Origin: a virus
Direction: 5' to 3' (one strand)
IMG/VR virus record: IMGVR_UViG_3300042502_001732
Span: 79,933-143,932 of that record
Length of the DNA stretch: 64,000 nucleotides
Made by a program: the position numbers and the translations under genes
Notes under the pieces: generated by a model
The model's database searches: none
Told to the model about the DNA's origin: nothing
The model's input: the letters and a program-made list of their open reading frames with translations, nothing else
Shown here: positions 20,416 through 32,168 of the stretch, one piece after another
Numbering within the stretch: position 1 is the stretch's first letter
How the letters are laid out: each line of letters opens with the position of its first letter

Positions 20416-21871
20416 TTATATAAAATTGAACAGCCTTTTATTGACTTGCTTAGGTCAGATTGCCGATATTATCGGAGTCTGTATTGATTTGTTTCGATGT
20501 TGACATCGACAAGATTGCGCTTTTCAAGAGCAAGAATAATGCGCTTGGCGTTCTTATCAAAAGAATGCCATCCATCAATCTTACTGATGAATGCAAACGC
20601 TTCTCTTTGATGTTTGCCCATCTTTTTAATGTTTGTTTCCATATTATTGCGTTTTTTGCTGTTATCGGTGAATCATCATCACCGCCGACTAATTTAAGAT
20701 ACCAACAATTTTCACTTTGTCAACATCTTGTCCCATAAGATAATCTAGTTTTTTATTAATTATTCTGAAAACATGCTGTTGTCGTTTTCGTATTCATCGG
20801 AAGAAAAAGTCTTTCTTAAAACTATTTCTGTAATATATTTGTCACACAGATGATTGATATAATCATCAAATTCTTTATCATTCAGAAAACCAACAGCCAC
20901 ATGCCCATTGGCAAGCATAACTTTTTCTATTGGTTTTTTATTATACATTATATAAACTTTTTATCAAGCGAATTCTACTTCGATTTCGTGTCCTGTTTCT
21001 GATTTGGTTTGTCCATCTAGAACAAGATAGATTGCGGCGTGGTATTTATCTTCATCAATATCATAGAAAAAGTTTAAATCAACAAATTCATTTATTACAT
21101 GCCACTCATCTTCTTCATGAGCGCGTTTAATTGTATACTGACCTTCTTGTGTGTCAAGAATAAGTTCTTGTTCTTTGACAATAAGTTTCATTTGTTTCTT
21201 TATTAGATGTGTTTAAGAACTTTTCCTACCATTCGAATAGCAACGATGAATTTTACCATCATCACCCGTTTTAAATAAAATCCATTCTCCTTTATTATGT
21301 TTTTGTTTAAGATAGTCTTTAACCCATTTAGGAAAATCTGTAAAACTATCAGCAGTCTTTATTTTATGTTCAAATGGAGTAGCGATAATACAAACATACC
21401 TAGCGGGTTTCATTTGTTTCTGTATTTACGGAGAAGTTGCTCGTCTGTCATGCGGGTAGTCAAGAATGTCTGGTGGAAAGTGACAGGGATGTTGCCATAC
21501 TCACCATCATCATGGATAAGAGTGTCGCCATTGTAGATATCAAAATCTGCACCCCAATAACTTTCATTAATAACTACTGGTGGGAATCTCTCACCATCAA
21601 TATTTGAGGTGATATTATGCTCAATGACTACTCGTCTTTTAGGATTAAAAAGATTAAAAATATTAAAAAACATATTATTAGTATTGGTTGTTGTGTTTAT
21701 CCATGATAGCGTTGAACCTCTCTTGAAATATATTTGAGGAATCATCAAATAGACTAATATCGGGTTTGAGTGAATTGATTGTTACTTGAGTGAGTTCTGA
21801 AAGATCCCGAATAGTTGCGAGCAATTGCTCAATTGTTTGTTCCACAGTATCCATATTATTTATTATTAGAT

Positions 21872-21946
21872 TGGTAGGCCGTGATGGAATCGAACCATCG
21901 ACTAAAAATTAGAAATTTCTTGTTATATCCCCTTAACTAACGGCCC
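21872..21946 (-). tRNA. tRNA-Arg(UCU)
   Basis: Cloverleaf with AGAAA-TT-TCT-AA-TTTTT; CCA encoded. Confidence 0.9.
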
Positions 21947-22202
21947 AAAATTATTAGAAGTTTTTAAAGTCGTGATCTGGGAAAATCTCTTTGATTTGTT
22001 CATGAAGGAGGCGTTGAAACTGTAGGAACTTATCTGTCAACTCCCAAAGATTATCCTTGCCAAGTTTTTCATAAGCAATATTAACTTCATTGATTAGTTC
22101 ATGACCACAGGAATCAAGAACAGATTCCATGTCTTCAAAGTTTGGTGCAAGTATTTTCATATATTCTTTCACTTGTGTTAGTTTATTTTAGTTTCTTATT
22201 AA

Positions 22203-22682
22203 TCACCAAGATGAAGTATAAAACAATCGTTCTTTATCCCAGTTGGTGTTGTCAATAAGATTAGAAATTTCATCAATTGCTTTTTCAATACGTTCCCAAT
22301 AGTATTCATCAACATCAGTTGATCCAAAAAAGAAACCAGAAACTGGCATCATTTCAGAAGGATCATTTTCTGATTTTGTATTCAGTAATGTTTCCAGCAA
22401 ATCAATTAAAACATCTTTGTCTAGTTCATAATGTGCGCAGTTGTCGATTCCTACTTGAACATGTGTGACAAACCAATTATGAAGCGCATTAAATTTGCGC
22501 CAATAGGCCACCTGATGAAAGATAGTATAATAGTCTTTAAAAGTATCTGGATATGGTTGATCTAATGGCAAAAACTCTACGATTTTTGGATCGTTTGGAT
22601 TGGGTTCCCTGTCGAGTTCGTGCAATTCGTCGATGGTGTGTTTGGTCTTTTTGACCTTAAAGATATACATGTCTAGTCCCAT
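22203..22682 (-). CDS. Conserved hypothetical phage protein
   Basis: MGLDMY...YWRKFNALHNWF...FFFGST...YTSSW. Confidence 0.75.
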   Translation of the reverse strand: MGLDMYIFKVKKTKHTIDELHELDREPNPNDPKIVEFLPLDQPYPDTFKDYYTIFHQVAYWRKFNALHNWFVTHVQVGIDNCAHYELDKDVLIDLLETLLNTKSENDPSEMMPVSGFFFGSTDVDEYYWERIEKAIDEISNLIDNTNWDKERLFYTSSW

Positions 22683-22894
22683 GGCTTTATTCTATTTTAG
22701 TTTTTTATTAGTATCGAAATTCAGTTTCATCAACTGCATCTTTCATTAGTTGTCGAAACAACACACGCCAAGACCTTTCGTTTAGAATTTCCATTCTTTG
22801 TTTATTGATTATTACTTTGCTTTCTTCAAGTTGATCTTTATAAGAAGCTACTTTCTTTTCGAGATATTTGATTCTGTTTTCAGTTTTTTTAGTA

Positions 22895-23095
22895 TCACTC
22901 ATAAGAAAATGTTTTTACTACTCTGTTTGGATTTTTCATAAGTTTCATAACCATATCTTCTGCGGCTTCCGCTGTCGCCCAAATTCCATAATCAAAATCT
23001 GTAATCCAAAAACAAAGAAACTTAAATTGAATTGCATAGTATATTCTAGCAGTTCGATTGTCTATGCGTTCTACAATTCTATATTGTTCACTCAT
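22895..23095 (-). CDS. YRIVERID-family small protein, copy 1
   Basis: Paralogs at 23609-23809 and 36643-36843. Confidence 0.7.
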   Translation of the reverse strand: MSEQYRIVERIDNRTARIYYAIQFKFLCFWITDFDYGIWATAEAAEDMVMKLMKNPNRVVKTFSYE

Positions 23096-23608
23096 TGTTT
23101 TCTAGAGTTCCTTACTTCAGCTGTATTGTACTTTCCACAAGTTCTGTCACATACAGAGATGGATTCTTGCCTGTTTCTAGTTTCGTTTCATACCAATCTT
23201 CAGCAACTTCTCGATCATCAAATTCTTGTTCTTTTCGCTCTGAATCAAAAGTCCAAGTGAGAATATACTTTACAACTCTATTGTTTTTAACTTTCGTCAT
23301 AATTTGCTTCAAGAGTATCAGTATGAACTACATCCTTCATTAGTTTTTGAAAGTTTCTTCGCCATTCTTGTTCATAATACAGAATGCGTTTTTGCTTATG
23401 TATTTCAGCATTAGCAACCAGTAAATCATCTTTCAAATCGTCTATCTTTTTTTGAAGACGTTTAATTTTTGCTTCGTATTTTTTATCGTCGTTCATACCT
23501 AATTATATCAGTGTTCCTTAATACCAAAAGTCTTCATCACTAGCCTTATAAATGATGTAGCATACTGCAAACATTGCGAGTGAGCCTAAAATTATTGCTA
23601 TCCACATA

Positions 23609-23809
23609 TCACTCATAAGAAAATGTTTTTACTACTCTGTTTGGATTTTTCATCAGTTTTATAACCATATCTTCTGCAGCTTCCGCTGTCGCCCAAATTC
23701 CATAATGATACTCTGTAAACCAAAAACAAAAAAACTTAAATTGAATTGCATAGTATATTCTAGCAGTTCGATTGTCTATGCGTTCTACAATTCTATATTG
23801 TTTACTCAT
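23609..23809 (-). CDS. YRIVERID-family small protein, copy 2
   Basis: Near-identical to 22895-23095. Confidence 0.7.
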   Translation of the reverse strand: MSKQYRIVERIDNRTARIYYAIQFKFFCFWFTEYHYGIWATAEAAEDMVIKLMKNPNRVVKTFSYE

Positions 23810-24212
23810 TATTTTCTCCTTCCACGGCGGCGAGAGCGTCGCAGGCTAATAAGTCAGCTTCAGTACTCACACGACCATCTAGCCTGTAATCTGCCATTAC
23901 AATCCGTAAAGCCTCCGCCAGCCTGTCGCGTTGCTCTGTCACGGCTTCGTGCTTGAGCGCCCACCCTTGAGCGGATGCGGTTGTTGTGCCGTGAGTGCAT
24001 ACGGAGGATGTCCGAGCTTCGTTGCGCTCTTCCAATAGCAACTTCATATTTGGGTGGGACAGATCGAGCATGGACTGCTTCAAGGCATCAAGCTCCTCTG
24101 CCAGCCTGTCGCGCTCCCTTTCGAGTTGGCGGGCAAATTCAAGTGGAATATTGTCGTGCATATCCCACGGATGGTTTTTGTATGCATAGTCTGTCTCTGG
24201 TGTATCACTCAT
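23802..24212 (-). CDS. Coiled-coil protein (MSDTPETD...ARQLERERD family)
   Basis: Shares LDLSHPNM.LLLEERNE with 35957-36460. Confidence 0.65.
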   Translation of the reverse strand: MSDTPETDYAYKNHPWDMHDNIPLEFARQLERERDRLAEELDALKQSMLDLSHPNMKLLLEERNEARTSSVCTHGTTTASAQGWALKHEAVTEQRDRLAEALRIVMADYRLDGRVSTEADLLACDALAAVEGENNE

Positions 24213-25500
24213 ATTATTATTCTATTATTATTCCTTAATACTAAAGATCGTCATCACTAGCTTTATAGATGATATAGCATACTGCAAATGTTGCCAGAGA
24301 TGCTAAAACTATTATTGCTATCCACATAATGATTATAGCCATACTCATAATTTTAGTTTATTAAATTTCTATATGAGGAGGTTGTTCATTTGTCCACACT
24401 ACTTCATCTCTCATTTGCTTAGGCTGTAGCAATTTATCAACGACTGCCATAGCTTCTTCTTTAGAGCTAAACCAGCTCTTATAATTAGCAACACCATCGA
24501 CGCCTAAAATAAAGGAGTTGTTAAGTATGTCAAGCCAGAAGCATAAAACCTTTCGCTCTACATGATAGGTCTCTTTGCTATCAAATCTTAATCTTCTTTT
24601 AATAATTCGATATGTTGCCATAATTTTAGTCTTCGTCGCTATAAGCCTCAGCTAGTTTCTTAGCCGCAATTTCATATACCTCAAAGAAAGTATCGCGATC
24701 TTCTTTGGAGAGATCAAGCAAACGCTCACCAATAGTTGAAAGCTCAGTACAATCCTCTTTAGGATTCCACTCTATTTGAGCAATTGAATTGCATACTTCT
24801 TCAATAGTAAAACAAGATTTGCCTATAGTACAGTTATCCTTTCTTATAACACCGTTACCACAATCTTCCCAGCCATCATTAAGATACTCTTCTAGCTTAC
24901 CATAATACCTACACGGATAGTATTGCACTATATCGAGTATATGATGCGCATTAGCAGGAGGCTTACCAATATAAGCAGGGCTCTTTGCTCCAAAGTTGTT
25001 AATTCTAATCTTCATAGTTTTGTTCAGGTATGTTATTGTTGAAGAGTTCACGCCAACGATTCACCGCAGCCTTTTCAGCAGTAAACAAATAATCGCGATC
25101 ATTCATATAATCAAAGTTATCCGTAAAATAGCCAAGTGCGTGATAGAGCGCATGTCCAGCATCAGTTAACTTTTGATTGAGTTCTCCTACAGGCTCGCAT
25201 GCATAACACGCTCCTTGAAAGCCATTGCGAAGTTTATAATTTTCTTCCTTGAGAGAATCAATCTCTTGTTGTAATTCAGCAAATCTGCAGTCAAGCACTT
25301 CACGCAATGAGTCTAGTCTATTCATGTTATGCTCCTGGTTTTGATCCAACTGCGATCTGAGATTTGAAAGATTCTCCACAAAATTCGAAACTCATCACAT
25401 CTCCGAATGGTCCTTCTTCGATGCCAGAAAATTTCACCTCGTCGGTTGAAATCCAACCCCATTGCCCAGCGCAAACCCAAGTTTTTTGTTTCATATTCAT

Positions 25501-25830
25501 TTATTCGATGACATCATTTACAGTTTCAACCTTTTCCCATCCAACCATCTTGCATTTATAGAGGGTGTCATTGATGCCAACTACGTCTCCGCGAGAGAGC
25601 GCATACAGTTTTGCATCAGCAAATGTCTGACGCACAAACATCTGCTCAGCGTCAAGAAAACTTTCTGGAGCATTGGTCGCTTCGAACAGCCATTCCAGCA
25701 TGTCATCGGCTCGCATGCAGCGAAATGTGATGTGTCGTTGGCGATCGTCAGCGTCATCGACAAATCGGTTATTGAGGCTACGATAGAGTGAAACTGTGGC
25801 TACGGCAGAGGTAATATCAGTGGTGGTCAT
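25501..25830 (-). CDS. Hypothetical protein
   Basis: Start re-set to MTTTDI downstream of motif B. Confidence 0.6.
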   Translation of the reverse strand: MTTTDITSAVATVSLYRSLNNRFVDDADDRQRHITFRCMRADDMLEWLFEATNAPESFLDAEQMFVRQTFADAKLYALSRGDVVGINDTLYKCKMVGWEKVETVNDVIE

Positions 25831-25934
25831 ATTGTTGCTTACAGGATTATTATACACTAAAACCCGCAAAAAGTACACAACTTTTTTCAAAAAAGTGAAA
25901 AAACTTCACTTTTTTCGACCTCCAGGGTCACATT

Positions 25935-27047
25935 TTAGTCAATTCCGGGTCCAGGTCTCAATCTGGTGACGTATGGAAAGCGTGGGATGCCATCTGGAGT
26001 CAGGTTGAAATAGGTGCATGTAGCATAGGTTCCACGAAGAGACTCAGCATCCTTTAAGAGCTCTTTCAAAAATGAGTGTGTACCTTTGATGTTGCTTCGG
26101 AATGTTTTGCCGTCTGGTCTTTGCAAGACCGCATAACCAGCCATGCCGCTTTTGTTACCGTTGCCTTCGCAAATTTCAACAATAAGATACTCACCATCCT
26201 GAAACTCTTTGCGCTTGAGCAGCGAGTCACTACGCTTACACTCGTATGGCGCGTCAACTCGTACCATCTGACCTTCATAGCCATCTTGCAAATAGTTTTC
26301 ATATGTCGCATCAAGTGAAATCTCGTCACACACCATAGTGGTAGGTACATTCACAATAATGTTTGGATTTAACTTGAATGCGTTTGCATAGTAAGCAGCC
26401 TGAGAAGAACGTGTCGAAAACTTTTTACTTGGGTCAACCGTATCATACCACCAAAATTGGATCTTATTGGCACACTCCTGTAGGTCTGCAGCGGATGGTT
26501 TGGTTTTTTTCACAAGACTACAAATACTATTAAAGTCATCCTTATATTTGTGAGTATAAAGCTCGCCATCAAGCACAAGATCTGGATGTGCCTTAAAAAG
26601 AGGAGCCAACTCCTGCAAGATATGCGGAATTGTGACCCAGGCCTTGCCATTTCGCGTAGTTGCCCTCTTTGCTGTGATGACTGCTCGTAAACCATCAAGC
26701 TTTGGTTGACTATAGACTGGATAGACGACACGACTTTTGCGATCTTCCCATTTTTTAGCAAGCATTGGCTCAATATAGAGACTGCGATCAATGTCAGCAA
26801 TTGACTCAAAACAACCACTTTCCTTTTTCTTTTTCCAGAGTGCTTGTGCCTCGAAAAGTGCTTGAGCTGAAATGTCGCGCTCATTTGCTCGGCCGACATT
26901 GGTGGCTTCACATGTGGTCCACAACGTGGTCACAATCTTGCCTCCGACCTTGCCATGATGGGTACGACACCGTCCATCTTCGATTTCAATCGTCCATTCT
27001 TGAATGCTCCCAGTCGATGTACGACTGTATAGTGTAGGTAATTTCAT
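25935..27047 (-). CDS. ATP-dependent DNA ligase
   Basis: QPKLDGLR (KxDG), LDGELY, GYEGQMVR, LLKRK, PRFP. Confidence 0.93.
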   Translation of the reverse strand: MKLPTLYSRTSTGSIQEWTIEIEDGRCRTHHGKVGGKIVTTLWTTCEATNVGRANERDISAQALFEAQALWKKKKESGCFESIADIDRSLYIEPMLAKKWEDRKSRVVYPVYSQPKLDGLRAVITAKRATTRNGKAWVTIPHILQELAPLFKAHPDLVLDGELYTHKYKDDFNSICSLVKKTKPSAADLQECANKIQFWWYDTVDPSKKFSTRSSQAAYYANAFKLNPNIIVNVPTTMVCDEISLDATYENYLQDGYEGQMVRVDAPYECKRSDSLLKRKEFQDGEYLIVEICEGNGNKSGMAGYAVLQRPDGKTFRSNIKGTHSFLKELLKDAESLRGTYATCTYFNLTPDGIPRFPYVTRLRPGPGID

Positions 27048-27321
27048 ACGATATAAAGTTGAAGTTTAGCGCATGCCACGAACATAGTCCTTTTCACGAA
27101 GTTTGTGATAGGTGCGTTCAAGAGTCTTCATTCCAGTATGGGTGCATACAATCCAACCGTCTGGTTGACGAGTAAACGTCCATGCTGCTCCAATGCCAAA
27201 TCGTCCTCGTTTTGTATAGATACCAAGGGCTTCGGCTGGGGTGCGAGCAAGTATTGTTGCTTCTCCACCAGTTTTCGTCTTTACAATGTATTCTTTGTCC
27301 ATATTTTTGTGTGTTGAGAGA

Positions 27322-27813
27322 TTAGAGAGCATAGACTCGGCTGTGTTTGCTCTTGCAGATGACCTCGCCTGTAAATTGACCTTCTAGATAACGGGCTCGT
27401 AGTGTGCCAGCAGCGGTGTCTTGGACTCGCTGCATAAGTAGAGCGCCTTCATAGTTAGAACTTTTGAATAGTCCACCAACTGGAATCGCGCTCAAAAACC
27501 AACGTAACTTTCGTGGTGTCGCCTTGGTTGGTTTGAAGAGGTGATGAAAGCGAACCGAAGTGGGGGACCAGCCAGAATGTTTGAGAACTTCAAGCACAAT
27601 GAGTGGTTCGTACCATTGCTCTTGAATTATGTCAGTGACACGATAGAGTGTGATGTCATCTGCAACGTTGCTGTCTTTGATGATGTCTCCAATGCGAACG
27701 TCTTGCTCAGAGATATGAGCTTCATAATCAGCGAGGGCAAGTTCTGCAGCCTCTGCTAATGTGGCGGAGTATTCTTCGGGACTGACTTCTGAGGCGTAGT
27801 AGGTGGTGGTCAT
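27322..27813 (-). CDS. Hypothetical protein
   Basis: Start re-set to MTTTYY downstream of motif B. Confidence 0.6.
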   Translation of the reverse strand: MTTTYYASEVSPEEYSATLAEAAELALADYEAHISEQDVRIGDIIKDSNVADDITLYRVTDIIQEQWYEPLIVLEVLKHSGWSPTSVRFHHLFKPTKATPRKLRWFLSAIPVGGLFKSSNYEGALLMQRVQDTAAGTLRARYLEGQFTGEVICKSKHSRVYAL

Positions 27814-27942
27814 ATTGTTGCTTACATGGTTATTATAGCATAAACCACGACAAAAGTACACAACTTTTTTCAAAAAAGTGAAAAAAGGTCCCGGGCAGTG
27901 TCCCCGTATAGAGAAAATGACCTCCTGGAGGCCTAAAAAAGC

Positions 27943-28545
27943 TCACAATTGAGGGATATCTGTACGGAGATATCGAAAAAGCTCTAGGGTTTGACGAATA
28001 TCATAGGCAGCATCATGCGCGGCAGACTCATCCCATCCTAATTCAGCACATTGACACAGGGTTCCAAGTTTGAAATTTGGGAGAGCGCCTCGTACCCTCA
28101 TTGTCATCCATGCGGCGGCTTGCATCACACAGATTGGTGGGTTCCAAAACCAACTGCCAAAAAACTGATCTCCATTTTTCTCAAAAAACCTACGAATAAA
28201 ATCAATATCAAAAGCAGCGTTATATGCAACAAAGTGAAGCTTGTCCTTTTTATCAAACTTATCACAATGACGTCCTAACATTTCAACTAGTTGCGAATAT
28301 GCCTCTCGAGCAGAAAGAGGCAAATCACTTAAACTTTGGAGAGTCATTCCTGTTTTTGTGAGTGCTTCGTCCTGAACGCATTCTAGAGACAGTGGACGAA
28401 ATCTCAAATCGCATTCTTCAAGAACGTTAAGATTTGTGTCAGTGATTATTCCACTAATTTGAAATATTTCATTCCGGTCACGATCAAGACCAGTTGTCTC
28501 TACGTCAAGAAAAAAATGTTTGTATCCTGTGTATTGTGTGCTCAT
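27943..28545 (-). CDS. DEDDh 3'-5' exonuclease (DnaQ-like)
   Basis: DVETTG, YNAAFD, HDAAYD. Confidence 0.9.
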   Translation of the reverse strand: MSTQYTGYKHFFLDVETTGLDRDRNEIFQISGIITDTNLNVLEECDLRFRPLSLECVQDEALTKTGMTLQSLSDLPLSAREAYSQLVEMLGRHCDKFDKKDKLHFVAYNAAFDIDFIRRFFEKNGDQFFGSWFWNPPICVMQAAAWMTMRVRGALPNFKLGTLCQCAELGWDESAAHDAAYDIRQTLELFRYLRTDIPQL

Positions 28546-29075
28546 GATTGTTTATAATGATATAGTTTATGAGAAAGTTGAATGTTTGATAGTAAGAGGT
28601 GAGCCTCTGGAGTTGCTGGCCGGCCTATATGAGTTGAAAATATATTATGCACCACATTTGCGACAGAGATGTCGTCATCTGTATCTAAAGAAGACGCATG
28701 TGTTTCAAACTGGAAAGCCGATCGATATCCAGTTTCTGTTTTAGGATTTTGCGCGGCATACATCCAAGTTTGAGACTCTGGGTCCGAACAAACATATTCC
28801 CATAATTTTCCATAGTTGCACCATATTGCACTGATAATATATTCACGCACATTTATAGCGGTGTTGTTATAGTTTTTATACAGCGAGCACAACAATATTC
28901 CAGAACTTATAATCTCGTGAGTGTGGTTACATAGACCTCCAACATATGAGTATGGAGAGTCTGGTTCCAGACTCAAAGGACATGTCAAAAAGGTTGGTGA
29001 GTCAAGTACCGGGAGACAATAATCCACAGTATTTGAGTCCTCACACAGCTTTTTAAGTTCATCTAGTGTTAACAT
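28542..29075 (-). CDS. Degenerate HD-domain (YhaM-like) protein
   Basis: YVGGLCNHTHE; CNYGK in place of HD.GK; PATPEA. Confidence 0.4.
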   Translation of the reverse strand: MLTLDELKKLCEDSNTVDYCLPVLDSPTFLTCPLSLEPDSPYSYVGGLCNHTHEIISSGILLCSLYKNYNNTAINVREYIISAIWCNYGKLWEYVCSDPESQTWMYAAQNPKTETGYRSAFQFETHASSLDTDDDISVANVVHNIFSTHIGRPATPEAHLLLSNIQLSHKLYHYKQS

Positions 29076-30574
29076 ATTTTTTTAAAATTCAGCCGCATAT
29101 GGCATGCCATCACCACCTCTAAACACATAACCATTTACATATTGAGGATCAGGATCAAACCCATGTGCAACCGGAGTAATTGTTGGCCGGCGATATGAGC
29201 GATAACAATTGTATGGTCGGTACGTAGATAATGAGTGTGAACCAGAATATCTATAGTAACCAACCGATGAATAGCCGGTTGGAGTATATTCGACAACACA
29301 ACTCGTTAAACAAATTGATAGCAGTGCAACTATTAAACGTTTCATATTAAAGGCTTTCATCAACATTTACAAACCCTTCATCAATCAAGTAAGAAACTAT
29401 AGTTTGTAGTGTCACCAAATCTGGAAGTGGATCCAATGTAAAACAGCCATTGACATAATAGACATCATGACCGCGAAGGTGAGCAATAAAATTTGATTTG
29501 TCATTCATGCAGTCAAAAAGATATACAGTGTCATAAGAATCAAAATGATCATAGTAATGCCCTGTAAAGCTTTAGGCGACAACATTTCGACTATGCATAA
29601 TGCTGCAAAAATTTTTAGATTATGAAAATCTTTATTAAAAATTTTAGTAATTGCCCAATCCGTCCACAGCACTTGTAGATATATTCCAAATGCTACAATT
29701 GCAAAAAAAGCAACTATGAATGCAAACGCCAGCGGCTTAGATATAACTTTCATATGACTTAAGACTGAGCACTAGCCAATTCCTTCAACTCATTTTCTAA
29801 AACATCAACTACTCTCTCGAGCGTGAGGTTTTCAGTTTGAAGGTCAAGTGCTTCGGCATAGCGGCCATCGGGCAAAATCTCAGCAATATCCTGTAGATTA
29901 GAGGCAATATCAGCATTAAACTGAGCGATTAGTTTCTGTAGTGTATTTTTCATAGATTAGTCTTCAAGTGTAAATGCAACCAAGCACAGCATTGCGGCAA
30001 AAATAGGGGAGCCCCCAATGAGTGCAAATAATGCACCAATATAGAGCAATTTACGATGATTGCTGTTTGACATATTTTCTATACGTTCTAGTAGTGTTTT
30101 CATGCAGGTGTTTTCTTATTACGTTTTTTAGCCTCAATGCTGGCAATCTCTTCCTCCAAGGACCGTATGATGCCGTCATAGCTATGAATAACGGCACCGA
30201 CATTATAACCGGCTCGTTTAATAAAAAACCCGCCAGAACCGTCTACCAGGGCTTCACGACTTTTGAGGTGAAGCTCAAGGTCAGTCTTTAGTGTTTCGAG
30301 GTGTGTCATATTGTTGCTTACATGACTATTATACCACAAAACTCACGATTTGTACACAACCTTTTTCACAAAAGTGCATAAAATTCTCGACAAAATAAGA
30401 AAAATGTCTAATCTGGCATTAACTCAACACTATTTATCCGTTCCGGAACCTTCGGGCATAGTTTGGATAGGTCCTTATTTATGCTTGTCTTTTTTGGGGT
30501 TTTCTATGTACCATAGATTTATCTATATAGAAAACCATAGAAAACCCCCAAAAAAGTGAAAAAAGTTTATTTTT

Positions 30575-31336
30575 TTATGCTTCAAGCACCTGTACAATAT
30601 AGCGTAATATCTTGCTGCGTACAATTTCACTATCTCCAAACTTAAAGGTGTGTATGTTATTTTCTACAGCAGATGTATTGTTAAATCGAGAATAAACATC
30701 TGGATAGCCTGAAAGTTTACCAATATCTGACTGCTTAAGATCTCCGCAGATTACATATTTTGTATTTTTACCAAAACGGGTAAGTATCGTTACAAGCTCT
30801 GAACGTGTTAGGTTTTGTGCCTCGTCGACAATCACAACACTATCATTGAATGTAAGGCCGCGTACAAAATTTACTGGAGTGGCACTCACAACATTTGCAT
30901 TGCGAAGTTGCAGACAAGTACTCTCGTCTGTAATCTCGCGTATTTTTTCTAGACATGGCATTGCATATGGTAAAAACTTATCGTCAACCTCACCAGGCAA
31001 TGCACCAATGCTACGAGACGCGCTTTCAATTACGCTGCGTATATAGTTTATATGCTTAATCTTTTTGTCCTTAAAGAGTTCCAAGGCGGCAAGTACAGCA
31101 ATATAACTTTTAGCGCTTCCTGCAGGACCGTCAACAAATGCCATATTTGTATCGTCTGCCTTTATACAGTCATAAAATGCCTTGTGCGCCTCATTAAAGT
31201 GAAACGGCTTTTTGACTTTAAAATTAAAGCAGAAATTTAAAGCAATCGAGGACTCAATGTTAGTTGAGTCCTCGGCGAAAAGATCAGGTTTTGAAGCAGT
31301 AGCTTTTTTCTTTTTTTCTCGTTTGGCAGTGGCCAT
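30575..31336 (-). CDS. phoH: PhoH-family ATPase
   Basis: GPAGSAKS, LPGEVDDKF, FVRGLTF, DEAQN, GDLKQSD, IVRS. Confidence 0.92.
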   Translation of the reverse strand: MATAKREKKKKATASKPDLFAEDSTNIESSIALNFCFNFKVKKPFHFNEAHKAFYDCIKADDTNMAFVDGPAGSAKSYIAVLAALELFKDKKIKHINYIRSVIESASRSIGALPGEVDDKFLPYAMPCLEKIREITDESTCLQLRNANVVSATPVNFVRGLTFNDSVVIVDEAQNLTRSELVTILTRFGKNTKYVICGDLKQSDIGKLSGYPDVYSRFNNTSAVENNIHTFKFGDSEIVRSKILRYIVQVLEA

Positions 31337-31398
31337 AATTTTATTTGTGTGTTGTTATTGTTGGTGTTACCATGGTATAATACATCACTCCATTAAAA

Positions 31399-32163
31399 TT
31401 AAGATTTTTTAGGTACGTCTGTGTCTAATTCGCTGCTGAGTGCAAGTGTGGTTGCGCGTTGTGAGTCATAACGTGCGCTTTCGATCCATGTTCCATTAAA
31501 GGTTGTCATTCCATTTTTAACCTTTAATAACTTTGTTGCTGTTTTAGCATCATAGCCTTTGTGCTGCACCACATAGTCAATGAGTGGTACTTCTGTTCCA
31601 GCTATAGCAAATATTGGAGCAGGAGTAACTGTTTTAACTTCACTACCTTGTACAAGTGAGATGAACCAATCCTTTTTAACCTTTTTGCCAGGACAGGTTT
31701 TACTTGTCTTTGGGTCATCGCGATGAAACTTTAATGTGTTTTCATTAACTGGCATGTCTAGCCAATTGAAGAGCGCCTTTGTAATTGCAGCTGTATTTTT
31801 TATGCATGCTAATCCACGACCAGTTAGTGGATCTTCACTGTCATAGTCTCCAAGTATTTCGATGCCTATAGAGTTACGATTAAATGAAACTGCATGTATG
31901 CCAGGAACATTCAGTGGGGTCATGCCAAAGATTTGATCCTCGTCAACAAAAAGATGCGGTCCACGATTCCAACCGAGTGATTGGTAATATGCCTTTATGT
32001 TTAAGATATGTTGAGCGAGCAGACCACTCTTGCGCTGCGCCAATGAAGGTGCACCTGTGTGGTGTATAGTAACGCTCTTTACATATGCAGGCTTTTTAAG
32101 CGTGCTTAGATATTCTTTAAATGACTCTACTGTCCAAACTTTACCAACGTTTGCGTATGACAT
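31399..32163 (-). CDS. N-acetylmuramoyl-L-alanine amidase (endolysin)
   Basis: IHHT, GPHLF, GIHA..N..SIGIE, FHRD..KTCPG. Confidence 0.88.
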   Translation of the reverse strand: MSYANVGKVWTVESFKEYLSTLKKPAYVKSVTIHHTGAPSLAQRKSGLLAQHILNIKAYYQSLGWNRGPHLFVDEDQIFGMTPLNVPGIHAVSFNRNSIGIEILGDYDSEDPLTGRGLACIKNTAAITKALFNWLDMPVNENTLKFHRDDPKTSKTCPGKKVKKDWFISLVQGSEVKTVTPAPIFAIAGTEVPLIDYVVQHKGYDAKTATKLLKVKNGMTTFNGTWIESARYDSQRATTLALSSELDTDVPKKS

Positions 32164-32168
32164 AACTT

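Larger units (their letters stand above)
22708..24330 (-). repeat. Locally duplicated small-gene module
   Basis: 22895-23095 nearly identical to 23609-23809; 22708-22902 similar to 23287-23496; MWIAII peptide at about 23520-23607 and 24240-24327. Confidence 0.8.
6552..24362 (-). promoter_or_regulatory. Motif A: about 30 dispersed copies of C(T/C)A(A/G)TAA(A/G)AAACTA(G/A)AWTATVHT, usually a few nt upstream of an ATG
   Basis: Seen at about 6552, 6812, 7056, 7282, 7539, 7777, 8008, 8175, 8326, 8688, 10565, 10702, 11209, 11487, 12036, 12769, 13353, 14975, 15743, 18493, 19709, 22695 and others. Confidence 0.8.

Noticed and set aside
6552-24362. Motif A, or the 60-kb spacer repeats, as a CRISPR array
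   Set aside because: Irregular spacing of hundreds of bp, degenerate copies, intervals are genes or RNAs, and no cas operon is visible
25831-25890. Shared N-terminus MKKVVYF...NNHVSNN in several ORF-track proteins (also 27873, 30339, 53447, 60730)
   Set aside because: Translation of the motif-B promoter repeat; real starts are the downstream ATGs
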